From Actinomycetota bacterium (lineage in GTDB: Bacteria > Actinomycetota > UBA4738), in NCBI GenBank assembly GCA_035573915.1, contig DATLZQ010000004.1:6387-70386 (forward strand): a DNA stretch of 64,000 nucleotides, written 5' to 3'. Below are positions 1-9,192 of this stretch, in pieces. Below the pieces are notes generated by a model. That model saw only the letters and a program-made list of their open reading frames with translations. It had not been told where the DNA came from and did no database searches. The first letter of the stretch is position 1. Each line of letters opens with the position of its first letter. The translations under genes were made by a program, and so were the position numbers.

Positions 1-355
1 CATCTTCGCCGTGAAGGTGGGATCGGTCTTCCCGCGCAGCTTCAGCATCGAGGTGTCGATCATCGTCCTCGTGATCGTGATCGTGGGCGGGCTGGCCAGC
101 GTTCCGGGCGTGATTCTGTCGGCCATCGTCCTCACCGCCACCCCGGAGCTCCTCCAGGAGCTCGCCGAGTACCGGTTCCTGATCTACGGGGTGCTCCTGA
201 TCTTCATGATGCTGAAGCGGCCCGAGGGGTTCATCCCCAGCCGGCGCCGGCTGCGCGAACTGCGGGAGGAGGAGCTGGCGCAGGACGCCTGGCTGCGGGC
301 GGCTCGGGCCCAACGGGAGCGGGAAGAGCTGGCCGAGCCGGTCCCCGGGAGCTGA
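1..355 (+). CDS. branched-chain amino acid-type ABC transporter permease, C-terminal end (LivM-like; 5' end outside window)
   Basis: ORF open to the window edge. Hydrophobic C-terminus (GGLASVPGVILSAIVL...IFMMLKRPEGF) typical of LivM-type permeases, followed directly by LivG/LivF-type ATPases. Confidence 0.7.
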   Translation, partial: IFAVKVGSVFPRSFSIEVSIIVLVIVIVGGLASVPGVILSAIVLTATPELLQELAEYRFLIYGVLLIFMMLKRPEGFIPSRRRLRELREEELAQDAWLRAARAQREREELAEPVPGS

Positions 356-358
356 GCC

Positions 359-1138
359 ATGGCCCTGCTCGAGGTCGTCGGACTGACCAAGGACTTCGGA
401 GGGGTCCGGGCCATCGACCACCTCGACATGCACGTCGACGTGGGGGAGATCGTGAGCGTGATCGGTCCCAACGGGGCCGGGAAGACCACCCTGTTCAACC
501 TGATCACCGGGATGATCCCCCCCGACGAGGGCGACATCCGGTTCGAGGGCCGCTCCATCGTGGGGCTCCGCCCCAGCCAGATTCTCTCCCTGGGGATCGC
601 CCGGACGTTCCAGAACGTCCGCCTGTTCCCGGAGATGACCGTGCGGGAGAACGTGATGGTGGCCCGCCACGCCCGGACCCGGGCGGGGGTAGTGAGCGCG
701 CTGCTGCGGACCCCCCGGTTCCGGAGGGAGGAGGCGGAGACCCGCCGGCGGGCGGAGGAGGCCCTGGCCTTCTTCGGGCCTCGCCTGGTCGGCTACCGGT
801 TCGACCAGACCGCCGTGTCGCTGTCCTACGCGAACCGGCGGCGGCTGGAGATCGCCCGGGCCATGGCCTCAGACCCCAAGCTCCTGCTCCTGGACGAGCC
901 CACGGCCGGCATGAACCCCCGGGAGACCCAGGAGCTCACCGAGCTCATCGGCAAGATGCGGGACGAGAAGGGCCTCACCATCCTGTTCATCGAGCACGAC
1001 ATGCGGGTGGTGAAGGGCGTGGCCGAACGGGTGATCGTGCTGGACTACGGGCGCAAGATCGCCGAGGGCACCTACGACGAGGTGGCCCACAACGAGCAGG
1101 TCATCGAGGCCTACCTGGGTCGGAGAGCCACGGCCTGA
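359..1138 (+). CDS. branched-chain amino acid ABC transporter ATP-binding protein (LivG-like)
   Basis: Walker A GPNGAGKTT, signature LSYANRRRLEIARA, Walker B LLLLDEPTAG. Typical LivG N-terminus LLEVVGLTKDFGG. Confidence 0.9.
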   Translation: MALLEVVGLTKDFGGVRAIDHLDMHVDVGEIVSVIGPNGAGKTTLFNLITGMIPPDEGDIRFEGRSIVGLRPSQILSLGIARTFQNVRLFPEMTVRENVMVARHARTRAGVVSALLRTPRFRREEAETRRRAEEALAFFGPRLVGYRFDQTAVSLSYANRRRLEIARAMASDPKLLLLDEPTAGMNPRETQELTELIGKMRDEKGLTILFIEHDMRVVKGVAERVIVLDYGRKIAEGTYDEVAHNEQVIEAYLGRRATA

Positions 1139-1148
1139 GGAGGGGGCA

Positions 1149-1943
1149 ATGGCCGAGGGGACCACCACGGACCGAGCGCAGCTTACCGAGCCCCGGGCGG
1201 AGGCCACGGCGGTCGCGGAGCGAGACCGCAAGCCGCTGCTCGAGCTGCGGAACGTGAGCACGCACTACGGACCCGTGCAGGTCCTCCGCAACGTGAGCAT
1301 CGAGATCTACCCGGGGGAGATCGTGTGCCTCCTCGGGGGCAACGCCAGCGGGAAGACGACCACGCTCAAGACCATCCTGGGGTACGTGGTGCCCACCGCG
1401 GGGGAGGTCCTGCTGGACGGGGAGAAGATCAACGGCATGCCCACCCAGCGGCTGGTGGAGATGGGGATCTCGATGGTCCCCGAGAACCGTCGCCTCTTCA
1501 AGCGGATGACCGTCCGAGAGAACCTGGAGCTCGGTTCCTACCTCAGGCACAACCGGAATGAGGTCGAGGAGGACCTGGAGCGGGTGTTCGCCCTCTTTCC
1601 CCGGCTGAAGGAGCGCCTGAACCAGCGGGCCGGGACCCTCTCCGGGGGCGAGCAGCAGATGGTGGCCGTGGGCCGGGCCCTCATGGCCCGCCCGAAGATC
1701 CTCCTCATGGACGAGCCATCCATGGGGCTGGCCCCGGTCCTGGTCCAGCAGAACTTCGACATGATCAAGCAGGTCAACGAGCAGGGCACCACCGTGTTCC
1801 TGGTGGAGCAGAACGCCAACATGGCCCTATCCATCGCCGACCGGGGCTACGTCCTCCAGACCGGCCAGATCGTGCTGGCCGACACCGCGGAGAACCTCCT
1901 CAACAACCCTCTGATGCGGGAGGCGTACCTGGGGGAGCTGTAG
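1149..1943 (+). CDS. branched-chain amino acid ABC transporter ATP-binding protein (LivF-like)
   Basis: Walker A GGNASGKTT, LSGGEQQMVAVGRAL, Walker B ILLMDEPSMGLAP, C-terminal REAYLG motif typical of LivF. Confidence 0.9.
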   Translation: MAEGTTTDRAQLTEPRAEATAVAERDRKPLLELRNVSTHYGPVQVLRNVSIEIYPGEIVCLLGGNASGKTTTLKTILGYVVPTAGEVLLDGEKINGMPTQRLVEMGISMVPENRRLFKRMTVRENLELGSYLRHNRNEVEEDLERVFALFPRLKERLNQRAGTLSGGEQQMVAVGRALMARPKILLMDEPSMGLAPVLVQQNFDMIKQVNEQGTTVFLVEQNANMALSIADRGYVLQTGQIVLADTAENLLNNPLMREAYLGEL

Positions 1944-2872
1944 TGGCGCTGACCTGGATCGGCGCCTCCGAGCTCCGGGATCTCCTCCCCGTCCGGGCCG
2001 CCGTGGACGCCCTGGAGCAAGCGTTCGCCGCGGGCCGCCTCCCCGAGGCCCCCCTGCGGGCCCACCACCGCCTCCCCCAGGGGGAGCTCCTGCTCATGCC
2101 GTCCTGGGGGGAGGCCGGGGTGGGGGTGAAGCTCGTGACCCTGGCCCCGGGCAACCCCGACCGGGGGCTCCCCTTCCTCCACGCCGTCTACGTCCTCTTC
2201 GACCCGGGGACCCTGGAGCCCCTGGCCGCCCTCGACGGGGCGGCCCTCACGGCCCTCCGGACCTCGGCCGTCTCCGCCCTGGCCACCCGCCACCTGGCCA
2301 ACCCCGACGCCTCGCGTCTGGTCCTCTTCGGGGCGGGGACCCAGGCCGCCGTCCACCTCGAGGCCATGGTGGTCGAACGGCCGGTGGAGCGGGTCACGGT
2401 CGTCTCGAGGACCAGGGCCCGGGCGGAGGCCCTGGCCGAGCGGGCCCGGGCCCGGGGCCTGAAGGCCGAGGTGGGCGGGCCCGAGGCGGTGGGCGACGCG
2501 GACCTCGTCTGCACCTGCACCACGAGCTCCGAGCCGGTCTTCGACGGACGCCTGGTCCCTCCGGGGGCCCACGTCAACGCCGTGGGCGCCTACCGGCCGG
2601 ACATGCGGGAGGTGGACGAGGCGCTCGTCCGGCGGGCCCGGGTGGTGGTGGAGACCCGGGAGGCCGCCCTGGCCGAGGCGGGGGACCTGCTGGTCCCCCT
2701 GCGGGCGGGGGTCATCGGCGAGGACCACGTGGTGGCCGACCTGGCGGAGGTGGTCCGGGGCAAGGCGGTCCGGACCGCCCCGGACGACGTCACCCTTTTC
2801 AAGTCGGTGGGCGTGGCCTTCGAGGACCTGGTGGTGGCCGGGGCCGCCTACGAGCGGCTCCGCGGGGGCTGA
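1943..2872 (+). CDS. ornithine cyclodeaminase / mu-crystallin family protein
   Basis: 309 aa. Rossmann segment LVLFGAGTQAAVHLEAM and C-terminal FKSVGVAFEDL motif typical of the OCD/ketimine-reductase family. Start overlaps the livF-like stop. Confidence 0.8.
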   Translation: MALTWIGASELRDLLPVRAAVDALEQAFAAGRLPEAPLRAHHRLPQGELLLMPSWGEAGVGVKLVTLAPGNPDRGLPFLHAVYVLFDPGTLEPLAALDGAALTALRTSAVSALATRHLANPDASRLVLFGAGTQAAVHLEAMVVERPVERVTVVSRTRARAEALAERARARGLKAEVGGPEAVGDADLVCTCTTSSEPVFDGRLVPPGAHVNAVGAYRPDMREVDEALVRRARVVVETREAALAEAGDLLVPLRAGVIGEDHVVADLAEVVRGKAVRTAPDDVTLFKSVGVAFEDLVVAGAAYERLRGG

Positions 2873-4023
2873 TGGCCGAGACGGCCGACGTGGTCGTGGT
2901 GGGGGGCGGGGTGGTGGGGGTGAGCGCCGCTTACCACCTGGCGGCCGCCGGGGCCGGGAAGGTGGTCCTGCTCGAGCGGGCCCCGGCCCTGGGGACGGGG
3001 GCCACCGCGGCCTGCGCCGGGGGCTTCCGCCACCAGTTCGGGAGCCGGGTCAACGTGGAGCTCTCCAGGGCCAGCGTCCCCATGATCACCCGCTTCAGCG
3101 AGGAGCACGGCCTCCCCCTCGACGTCCACCAGGACGGCTACCTGTTCCTGGTCCGCACGGAGGCACTGTGGTCGACGTTCCTGCGGGCGGTGGAGCTCCA
3201 GCGGGCCCTGGGGGTCCGGGTGGAGGTCCTCGGGCCCGAGGAGGCCGCCGCGCTGGTGCCGGGCATCTCGACCGAGGGGATGCTGGGGGCGACGTTCGGC
3301 CCGGAGGACGGGGTGGCCGACCCGGCCGGGCTCACCGAGGGCTACGCCACCCTGGCCCGGCGGGCCGGGGCCGAGCTCCGGCTGGGCGTGGAGGTGCGGC
3401 GGGTCCTGGTGGAGCGAGGTCTCGTGCGGGGCGTGGAGACCTCGGCCGGCACGGTCTCGAGCCCCCTGGTGGTGGACGCCGCCGGGCCCTGGGCCGGGGT
3501 GGTGGCCGCCACGGCCGGCGTCCACGTCCCCATCGAGCCCATCCCCCGCCAGGTGGTGCTGACCGCCCCCTTCGAGGGCGTCCCGGACCGGCGCACGCTC
3601 GTGATCGACGCCGAGACCTCGTTCTACTTCCACCGGGAGGGTCCGGGCGTCCTCATGGGGATGGGGGGGAGGGACGAGCGCGCCTCGTTCGAGGCCCGGG
3701 TGGACGAACGGTTCCTCGAGGAGGAGCTCCTCCCCACGGCGGTCCGGGTGTTCCCGCCCCTCGAGGGGGCGGGGGTGGTCAGGGCTTGGTGCGGGCTGTA
3801 CGAGATGACCCCCGACCGGCACCCGGTGATCGGCGAGGCCCCCGGGGTCCGAGGCTTCTACCTGGCCGCGGGGTTCAGCGGCCACGGTTTCCAACACGCC
3901 CCGGTGGTGGGCAAGCTCCTGGCCGAGCTCATCGTGGAGGGGGCGGCGCGGACGGTGGACATCTCGGGCCTGGGTCTGGGCCGCTTCGAGGGGGAGGTGG
4001 TGGCCGAGACCCACGTGGTCTGA
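2872..4023 (+). CDS. FAD-dependent oxidoreductase (DAO / sarcosine-oxidase-beta-like family)
   Basis: N-terminal dinucleotide fold DVVVVGGGVVGVSAAYHLA and C-terminal GFSGHGFQHAPVVG motif typical of DAO-family flavoenzymes. Start overlaps the upstream stop by 1 nt. Confidence 0.8.
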   Translation: MAETADVVVVGGGVVGVSAAYHLAAAGAGKVVLLERAPALGTGATAACAGGFRHQFGSRVNVELSRASVPMITRFSEEHGLPLDVHQDGYLFLVRTEALWSTFLRAVELQRALGVRVEVLGPEEAAALVPGISTEGMLGATFGPEDGVADPAGLTEGYATLARRAGAELRLGVEVRRVLVERGLVRGVETSAGTVSSPLVVDAAGPWAGVVAATAGVHVPIEPIPRQVVLTAPFEGVPDRRTLVIDAETSFYFHREGPGVLMGMGGRDERASFEARVDERFLEEELLPTAVRVFPPLEGAGVVRAWCGLYEMTPDRHPVIGEAPGVRGFYLAAGFSGHGFQHAPVVGKLLAELIVEGAARTVDISGLGLGRFEGEVVAETHVV

Positions 4024-4111
4024 GGGCGGGTCCGGGCCGCCCCCTGGCGGGGTCGGTTCGGGCTCAGGATGCGGCACCGGCGGTTCGAGCGGTTCGAGCC
4101 CGGAGCTCCAC

Positions 4112-4141
4112 TTGACAGCGCCCCCCGGGCAGCGCGAGAAT
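4112..4141 (+). promoter_or_regulatory. candidate sigma-70-type promoter for the lacI-family gene and downstream genes
   Basis: TTGACA (4112-4117), an 18-nt spacer, then GAGAAT (4136-4141), in the 116-bp gap after the FAD oxidoreductase gene. Confidence 0.45.
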
Positions 4142-4169
4142 GGCAAGCGGTTTCCGGAAAGCGATTTCC
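4142..4169 (+). promoter_or_regulatory. two abutting 14-bp LacI-type operator-like palindromes
   Basis: GGCAAGCGGTTTCC (4142-4155) and GGAAAGCGATTTCC (4156-4169). Both fit GGnAAnCGnTTTCC with a central CG. They lie between the putative -10 and the ATG at 4170. Confidence 0.45.
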
Positions 4170-5195
4170 ATGCCATCGTTGCGCGACGTGGCCCGGCTGG
4201 CCGGCGTCTCACCAGCCACCGTTTCGCGGGTCCTCTCGGGATCCGCTCACCCGGTGAGCCCGGAGACGCGAGCTCGCGTCCTGCGCTGTGTCGAGCGACT
4301 CGGGTTCCGACCGAACCGGGTGGCCCAAGCCTTGGCCACCGCACGGACCTACACCATCGGTGCCATCGTTCACGACATCTCGGATCCCTACTTCGCCGAG
4401 GTGGTGCGCGGGCTGGAGGACGAAGCCAGGCTCGCCGGCTATCAGGTGTTCGTCTGTAGCTCGGACCGCGACCCCGGGCGTGAGCTCTCGTATGTCCAGG
4501 CACTCATCTCCTATCGGGTGGACGGCCTCGTCTTTGCCGGGGGAGGCATCGAGGACCGCGCGTACCAGCGAGAGTTGGCCGCGGTGGTCGAGGGGTTTCG
4601 GGGCACGGGGGGTGCAGTGGTAGCCCTGGCTCCAAATGCCCTCCGGGTCCCGTCCATCACGGTGGACAACTACGCGGGAACTCGGGACATAGCCCGCTAC
4701 CTCCTGGGGCTGGGACACCGCCGGATCGGGTTCGTCAGCGGTCCTCCCCACCTCCGGACCAGCCGGGTCCGGCTGGCCGGATACCGGGCCGCCTTGCGAG
4801 AGGCCGGAGTCCGGTTCGACCCCGACCTGGTCGAGACGGGCTGGTTCACGACGGAAGGAGGGGCCAAGGCCGTCGCCTCCCTGCTCGAACGCTGCCCGGA
4901 CCTGACGGCCGTGGTCGCCGCCAACGACGTGATGGCCTTCGGCGTGCTGCACGAACTGGCGGGGCGGGGGCTCCGGGTGCCCCAGGAGGTGTCCGTGGCG
5001 GGGTTCGACGACGTCCAGATGGCCGCCTTCCTCCAGGTCCCCCTCACCACGGTCCACATGCCCATGTACCAGGTCGGCCGGGAGGGGGCTCGGGCCGTGC
5101 TGGACATCTTGGCCGGCCGTCCGGTGCGCTCCCGCCGCCTCCCGGTGCAGCTCGTGATTCGGGGTTCGACCGCCCCCCCAGGGAGATCGCGGTGA
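4170..5195 (+). CDS. LacI family transcriptional regulator
   Basis: N-terminal HTH MPSLRDVARLAGVSPATVSRVLSG followed by a periplasmic-binding-protein-like sugar-binding fold. The ORF track starts at 4140, but the family N-terminus begins at the ATG at 4170. Confidence 0.88.
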   Translation: MPSLRDVARLAGVSPATVSRVLSGSAHPVSPETRARVLRCVERLGFRPNRVAQALATARTYTIGAIVHDISDPYFAEVVRGLEDEARLAGYQVFVCSSDRDPGRELSYVQALISYRVDGLVFAGGGIEDRAYQRELAAVVEGFRGTGGAVVALAPNALRVPSITVDNYAGTRDIARYLLGLGHRRIGFVSGPPHLRTSRVRLAGYRAALREAGVRFDPDLVETGWFTTEGGAKAVASLLERCPDLTAVVAANDVMAFGVLHELAGRGLRVPQEVSVAGFDDVQMAAFLQVPLTTVHMPMYQVGREGARAVLDILAGRPVRSRRLPVQLVIRGSTAPPGRSR

Positions 5196-6202
5196 TCCGG
5201 AACGCGCCCCCCGCGGCCCCCGCTCGGCTGGAGCTTGGCTCGTTCCCTACGCCCCTCCACCCTGCTCCCCGCCTGGCCCAGAGCCTCGGCATCCGGAGGG
5301 AACTATGGGTCAAGCGGGACGACCTGAGCGGACCAGCTCTTGGAGGAAGCAAGGTCCGGAAGCTCGAGTACCTGCTGGCGGACGCGGAGCGCTCCGGTGC
5401 CGACGCGGTGGTCACGGTGGGTGCCGGGCAGTCGAACCACGCCCGACTCACCGCGGTCCTGGGGGCCACCCGAGGGCTGGAGGTGCACCTGGTCCTGGGG
5501 GGCGGAACCCCACAGGCCTGGGAGGGCAACGCCCTCATCGGGCGACTGGCCGGAGGCGCGGTGCACCCGGTGGACACCGACGACTGGGGCGTTCTCGCCC
5601 GGAAGCTCATGGAGGTCACCGAGGACCTCCGGCGGCGGGGCCGGAGCCCGTATCCGATCCCGATGGGTGGCTCGACGCCCGTCGGCTCGCTCGGGTACGC
5701 CACTGCCTATCTCGAATTGCTGGCCCAGCTCGAGGCGGCAGGGGTGGAGGCGGACTGGGTCGTCCTCGCCAGCTCCACGGGAGGAACCCAGGCTGGCCTC
5801 CTCGCGGGGAGGATGGCTGCGAGGCGCGGCCCCCGCGTGGTGGGGGTCGACGTCGCCAAGGGAGGCGAACCGCTGAGGGAGACCGTCCACCGGTTAGCGA
5901 GGGAGACCGCGAGGCTCCTGGGGGTGGACGGGGAGCCTGACGAGGTCCTCGTCGTGGAGGGTGCCGGGCCTGCCTACGGAGCCGTCACCCCGGAGGTGGC
6001 CCGGGTGCTGGTCCGAGCCCTGCGCTCCGAGGGGTTGCTGGTGGATCCCGTGTACTCGGGCAAGGCGGTGGCTGCCCTTCCCGCTCTGAGCGAGCGGCTG
6101 GACGGCAGGGGCCCCCTGGTGTTCCTGCACACCGGCGGTCAGCCAGCGCTGTTCGCGAGGCGATACGCAACCGACGTCCTCGAGCAAGGAGGAGGGTCAT
6201 GA
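5192..6202 (+). CDS. PLP-dependent ACC deaminase / D-cysteine desulfhydrase family protein
   Basis: FPTPLHP...KRDDLSGPALGGSKVRKLEYLL matches the GGNKxRKLE PLP-lysine motif of this family. GTGA overlap with the lacI-family stop. Confidence 0.8.
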   Translation: MIRNAPPAAPARLELGSFPTPLHPAPRLAQSLGIRRELWVKRDDLSGPALGGSKVRKLEYLLADAERSGADAVVTVGAGQSNHARLTAVLGATRGLEVHLVLGGGTPQAWEGNALIGRLAGGAVHPVDTDDWGVLARKLMEVTEDLRRRGRSPYPIPMGGSTPVGSLGYATAYLELLAQLEAAGVEADWVVLASSTGGTQAGLLAGRMAARRGPRVVGVDVAKGGEPLRETVHRLARETARLLGVDGEPDEVLVVEGAGPAYGAVTPEVARVLVRALRSEGLLVDPVYSGKAVAALPALSERLDGRGPLVFLHTGGQPALFARRYATDVLEQGGGS

Positions 6203-7116
6203 ACACACCAAACCTCTCCGGCCTGATTGCGGCCACGGTGACGCCCATGCGGGAAGACCTCTCCATCGACGAGCCTTCGCTCCGCCGCTATCTCCGGTGG
6301 GTGGCCGACCAGGGGGTCGTGGGCGTGGCCGTGAACGTCGACACTGGCGAGGGCCCCCACCTCTACCCGGAGGAGCGTCTCCGAGTCCTGGAGATCGCTC
6401 TGGAGGAGGTGGGGGACCGAGTGACGGTCGTGGCTGGCCTGGCGGCAACCTTCACCGAGCAGGCCGTGGAGGTCGCCCGGCAGACGGCCAAGCTTGGGCC
6501 TCACGCCCTCCTCGTGTTCCCGATCCCCGCGTACCAGGGAGAGCCGCTCGACCCGGAGGTGCCTGCCTCCTACCACCGGGCCGTCGCTGACGTCGGGGTG
6601 CCCCTGATCGCGTTCCAGCTCCAGCCCGCCCTGGGAGGGGTCACGTTCTCCCGTGAGGCCATCGAGCGGATCATGGGGGTCCCTGGCGTGGTGGCCATCA
6701 AGGAAGCCTCCTTCGACGCGCGACGCTTCCTCGAGGTCACCCGACTGGTGCACGGTCTCCCCGAGCCCAAGCTGGTCCTGAACGGCAACGACAACTTCCT
6801 GCTCGAGGCGTACCTGCTGGGAGCGGACGGGGCGCTCCTTGGCTTCGGGACGCTGGCGGTCCGCGAGCAGGTGGACATGTTCGAGGCGGTCAGAGCCAGG
6901 GATTTCGAGCGGGCGTTCGCGCTGGCCGGTCGCCTCCAGGCCCTGTGTGACGTCATTTTCGCGCCCCCGGTGCGCGACTACCGAGCGCGTCTCAAGCACG
7001 CGCTGGTCCTTCTGGGCGTCATCGAAGCTGCGCACGTCCGCCCGCCCCTGCGGCCGCTGGACCCTGCGGTGGCCTCCGAGGTGGAGCACGCGTTGAAGGC
7101 CGCCGGTCTGCTCTAG
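6199..7116 (+). CDS. dihydrodipicolinate synthase (DapA/NAL) family lyase
   Basis: 305 aa. N-terminal GLIAATVTPM and Schiff-base lysine context VVAIKEAS typical of the DHDPS/NAL family. ATGA overlap with the upstream gene. Confidence 0.8.
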   Translation: MNTPNLSGLIAATVTPMREDLSIDEPSLRRYLRWVADQGVVGVAVNVDTGEGPHLYPEERLRVLEIALEEVGDRVTVVAGLAATFTEQAVEVARQTAKLGPHALLVFPIPAYQGEPLDPEVPASYHRAVADVGVPLIAFQLQPALGGVTFSREAIERIMGVPGVVAIKEASFDARRFLEVTRLVHGLPEPKLVLNGNDNFLLEAYLLGADGALLGFGTLAVREQVDMFEAVRARDFERAFALAGRLQALCDVIFAPPVRDYRARLKHALVLLGVIEAAHVRPPLRPLDPAVASEVEHALKAAGLL

Positions 7117-7124
7117 GGGGGACA

Positions 7125-8120
7125 GTGCACCGGGTACCGGTTGGCGTCTTCCTGCCCACGTTCTGTGGACCGGGGGGCCGCTCCGGCCAGGACGTCGCAG
7201 CGTTCGCTCGGGCCGCCGAGTCCCTAGGGTTCCACTCCCTGTGGGCCACGGACCATCTCCTGCATGGGAGCCGCTTCTATAGCGTCCCGTGGTTGGACCC
7301 ATTGCTCTCCCTGGCCACGGCCGCCGCCGTGACCGATCGGGTGCTGCTTGGGACCTCGGTCCTGGTCATGCCGGTCCGCCACCCCGTGGTCCTGGCCAAG
7401 GAGATCGCCACGCTCCAGGCGCTCTCCGGTGACCGCTACATCCTGGGGGCCGGGACCGGTTGGGATGCCCGAGAGTTCGAAGCGGTGGGGGCGCGGAAGG
7501 CCGAACGGGGCCGACGGACCGACGAGGCGCTCAGCCTGGTCCGCCGTCTCCTTGCCGGCGAGACCGTGACCTTCGAAGGTCGCTTCTACCGGCTTCGGAA
7601 CGTGTCCATCGAGCCTGTCCCCCGCAGGCCCGTCCGAGTCTGGGTGGCTGGCGGTCGCCAGCTTCCCCACCCCAGCTCGCCGGAGCCGCCGGTGCTCTCA
7701 CCCGCCGTCCTGGCGCGGATCGCCGAGGCCGACGGGTGGATCGCCCGACCCACCGCCGCGCCTGCTCAGATCAGGCAGGACCGGGAGGAGATCCTGGCCT
7801 ACCTGGAAGCTCACGGACGTGACCCGAGCACCCTCACGGTTGCCCACGAGAACTTTCTGCACCTTGTACCGACAGCCGACCCGGCCCGGGCTCGTGACGA
7901 GCAGCGGCGGGTGTTCAAGGCGGTCATGGGGGAGGGGCGACCCCTCGAGTACCTGGAGCAGGTCTACCTCACCGGCTCGGTGGAGGAGATCGTCCAACAG
8001 CTCCATGAGCGGCTGGCTGCGGGCGTCCAGTACCTCATGCTCCATACCCTGGTCCCCTCCGTAGACCAGCTGGAGCTTTGGGCCGAGCACCTGCTGCCAC
8101 ACCTGGGAGGGATCCAGTGA
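7125..8120 (+). CDS. LLM-class (luciferase-like) flavin/F420-dependent oxidoreductase
   Basis: 331 aa. GFHSLWATDHL..., LGTSVLVMPVRHPVVLAKEIATL and GAGTGWDAREFEA are characteristic of luciferase-like monooxygenase family proteins. Confidence 0.75.
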   Translation: MHRVPVGVFLPTFCGPGGRSGQDVAAFARAAESLGFHSLWATDHLLHGSRFYSVPWLDPLLSLATAAAVTDRVLLGTSVLVMPVRHPVVLAKEIATLQALSGDRYILGAGTGWDAREFEAVGARKAERGRRTDEALSLVRRLLAGETVTFEGRFYRLRNVSIEPVPRRPVRVWVAGGRQLPHPSSPEPPVLSPAVLARIAEADGWIARPTAAPAQIRQDREEILAYLEAHGRDPSTLTVAHENFLHLVPTADPARARDEQRRVFKAVMGEGRPLEYLEQVYLTGSVEEIVQQLHERLAAGVQYLMLHTLVPSVDQLELWAEHLLPHLGGIQ

Positions 8121-9187
8121 TCATCGACGCGCACAACCACGTCCTGGCGGCCGGTCTCTACCCGGGGTACGAGCGGTTCATCAAGGAGATGACCCGTGGC
8201 TTCTTTCAGGCCCGTGGCGACCTCCCCATGGACCGCGAACCTCGAGATGAGGACTGGCGTGGCCTGGAGTACCTCTGGGAACCGATCGACCCAGACAAGC
8301 TCATCCGAGACCACCCTGGAGTGGACCGGTGCACGATCTTGGCGGTGGCTCCCTCCGACTACACCCGCTATGAGCAGCGGGGCACGGTAGATGTCGCGGG
8401 GGTCACGGGGTTGGAAGGTCCCCGCTCCATCGACCGTGGCAACGACTACATCGCCGCGCTCGTCCGCAAGTACCCGGAGCGGTTTATCGGCATGGCGGCG
8501 GTGAACCCCCGGTACCGGGGAGTGCGGGCCGCCGTCCGGGAGCTCGAGCGGGCCATCACGGAACTGGGACTCACCGGTCTGAAGCTGTACCCGATGTACG
8601 ACCACTGGGCCGTCAACGACCGCGACCTGGCTTTTCCGATCTTCGACAAGGCTACGGAACTCGGCATCCCGGTGATGGTCCACCTGTCGACCACGCCCGT
8701 GTCGGACACGGTGCTCCTGTACGGGTGGCCCGTATTGCTGGACGACGTGGCCCGGGCCTTTCCCGACCTGCGCCTCCTCGTCTGTCACGCGGGCACGCCA
8801 TGGGTCGACGAGGCCCTGCTGCTCGTGGCCCGCCACCCCAACGTCTACGTGGACGTGAGCTACCTGAACAGCACGCTGAATCGCCGCCAGACCTACGATT
8901 TCCTGCAGCGGGCGCTGCAGCTCGGGGCTCCCCTGTCGAGGATCTGTTGGGCCACCGACTATCCCGGCTTCGAGTTCCCGGAAACCCTGCTGCCCAAGTT
9001 CGCCCTCGTCAACGACGTGGTCGAGGAGGGTGAGCCGCTGATCTCCCGCGCCGACATGGCCAGGATGCTGGGAGGCAACTACGCACGGTTCATTGGGTTG
9101 GACTGGAGCCTCGAGGAGACGATGGAGCAAATGGGCCGGCTGGAGGAAGGGTGGCGGCAGACCCTCCAAGAAAAGAACGTGAGGTAG
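8117..9187 (+). CDS. amidohydrolase-2 (ACMSD-like) family metal-dependent hydrolase
   Basis: VIIDAHNHV N-terminal metal motif, ...MVHLS..., CHAGTPW and WATDYP motifs. GTG at 8117 overlaps the LLM stop (GTGA); the ORF-track start at 8078 is probably too early. Confidence 0.75.
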   Translation: MIIDAHNHVLAAGLYPGYERFIKEMTRGFFQARGDLPMDREPRDEDWRGLEYLWEPIDPDKLIRDHPGVDRCTILAVAPSDYTRYEQRGTVDVAGVTGLEGPRSIDRGNDYIAALVRKYPERFIGMAAVNPRYRGVRAAVRELERAITELGLTGLKLYPMYDHWAVNDRDLAFPIFDKATELGIPVMVHLSTTPVSDTVLLYGWPVLLDDVARAFPDLRLLVCHAGTPWVDEALLLVARHPNVYVDVSYLNSTLNRRQTYDFLQRALQLGAPLSRICWATDYPGFEFPETLLPKFALVNDVVEEGEPLISRADMARMLGGNYARFIGLDWSLEETMEQMGRLEEGWRQTLQEKNVR

Positions 9188-9192
9188 GCAGC

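Noticed and set aside
2848-4503. 551-aa minus-strand ORF across the FAD oxidoreductase and lacI region, and many similar 100-450-aa antisense ORFs throughout the track
   Set aside because: They show low-complexity composition, lack start-site signals, and overlap fully with motif-bearing genes on the other strand.
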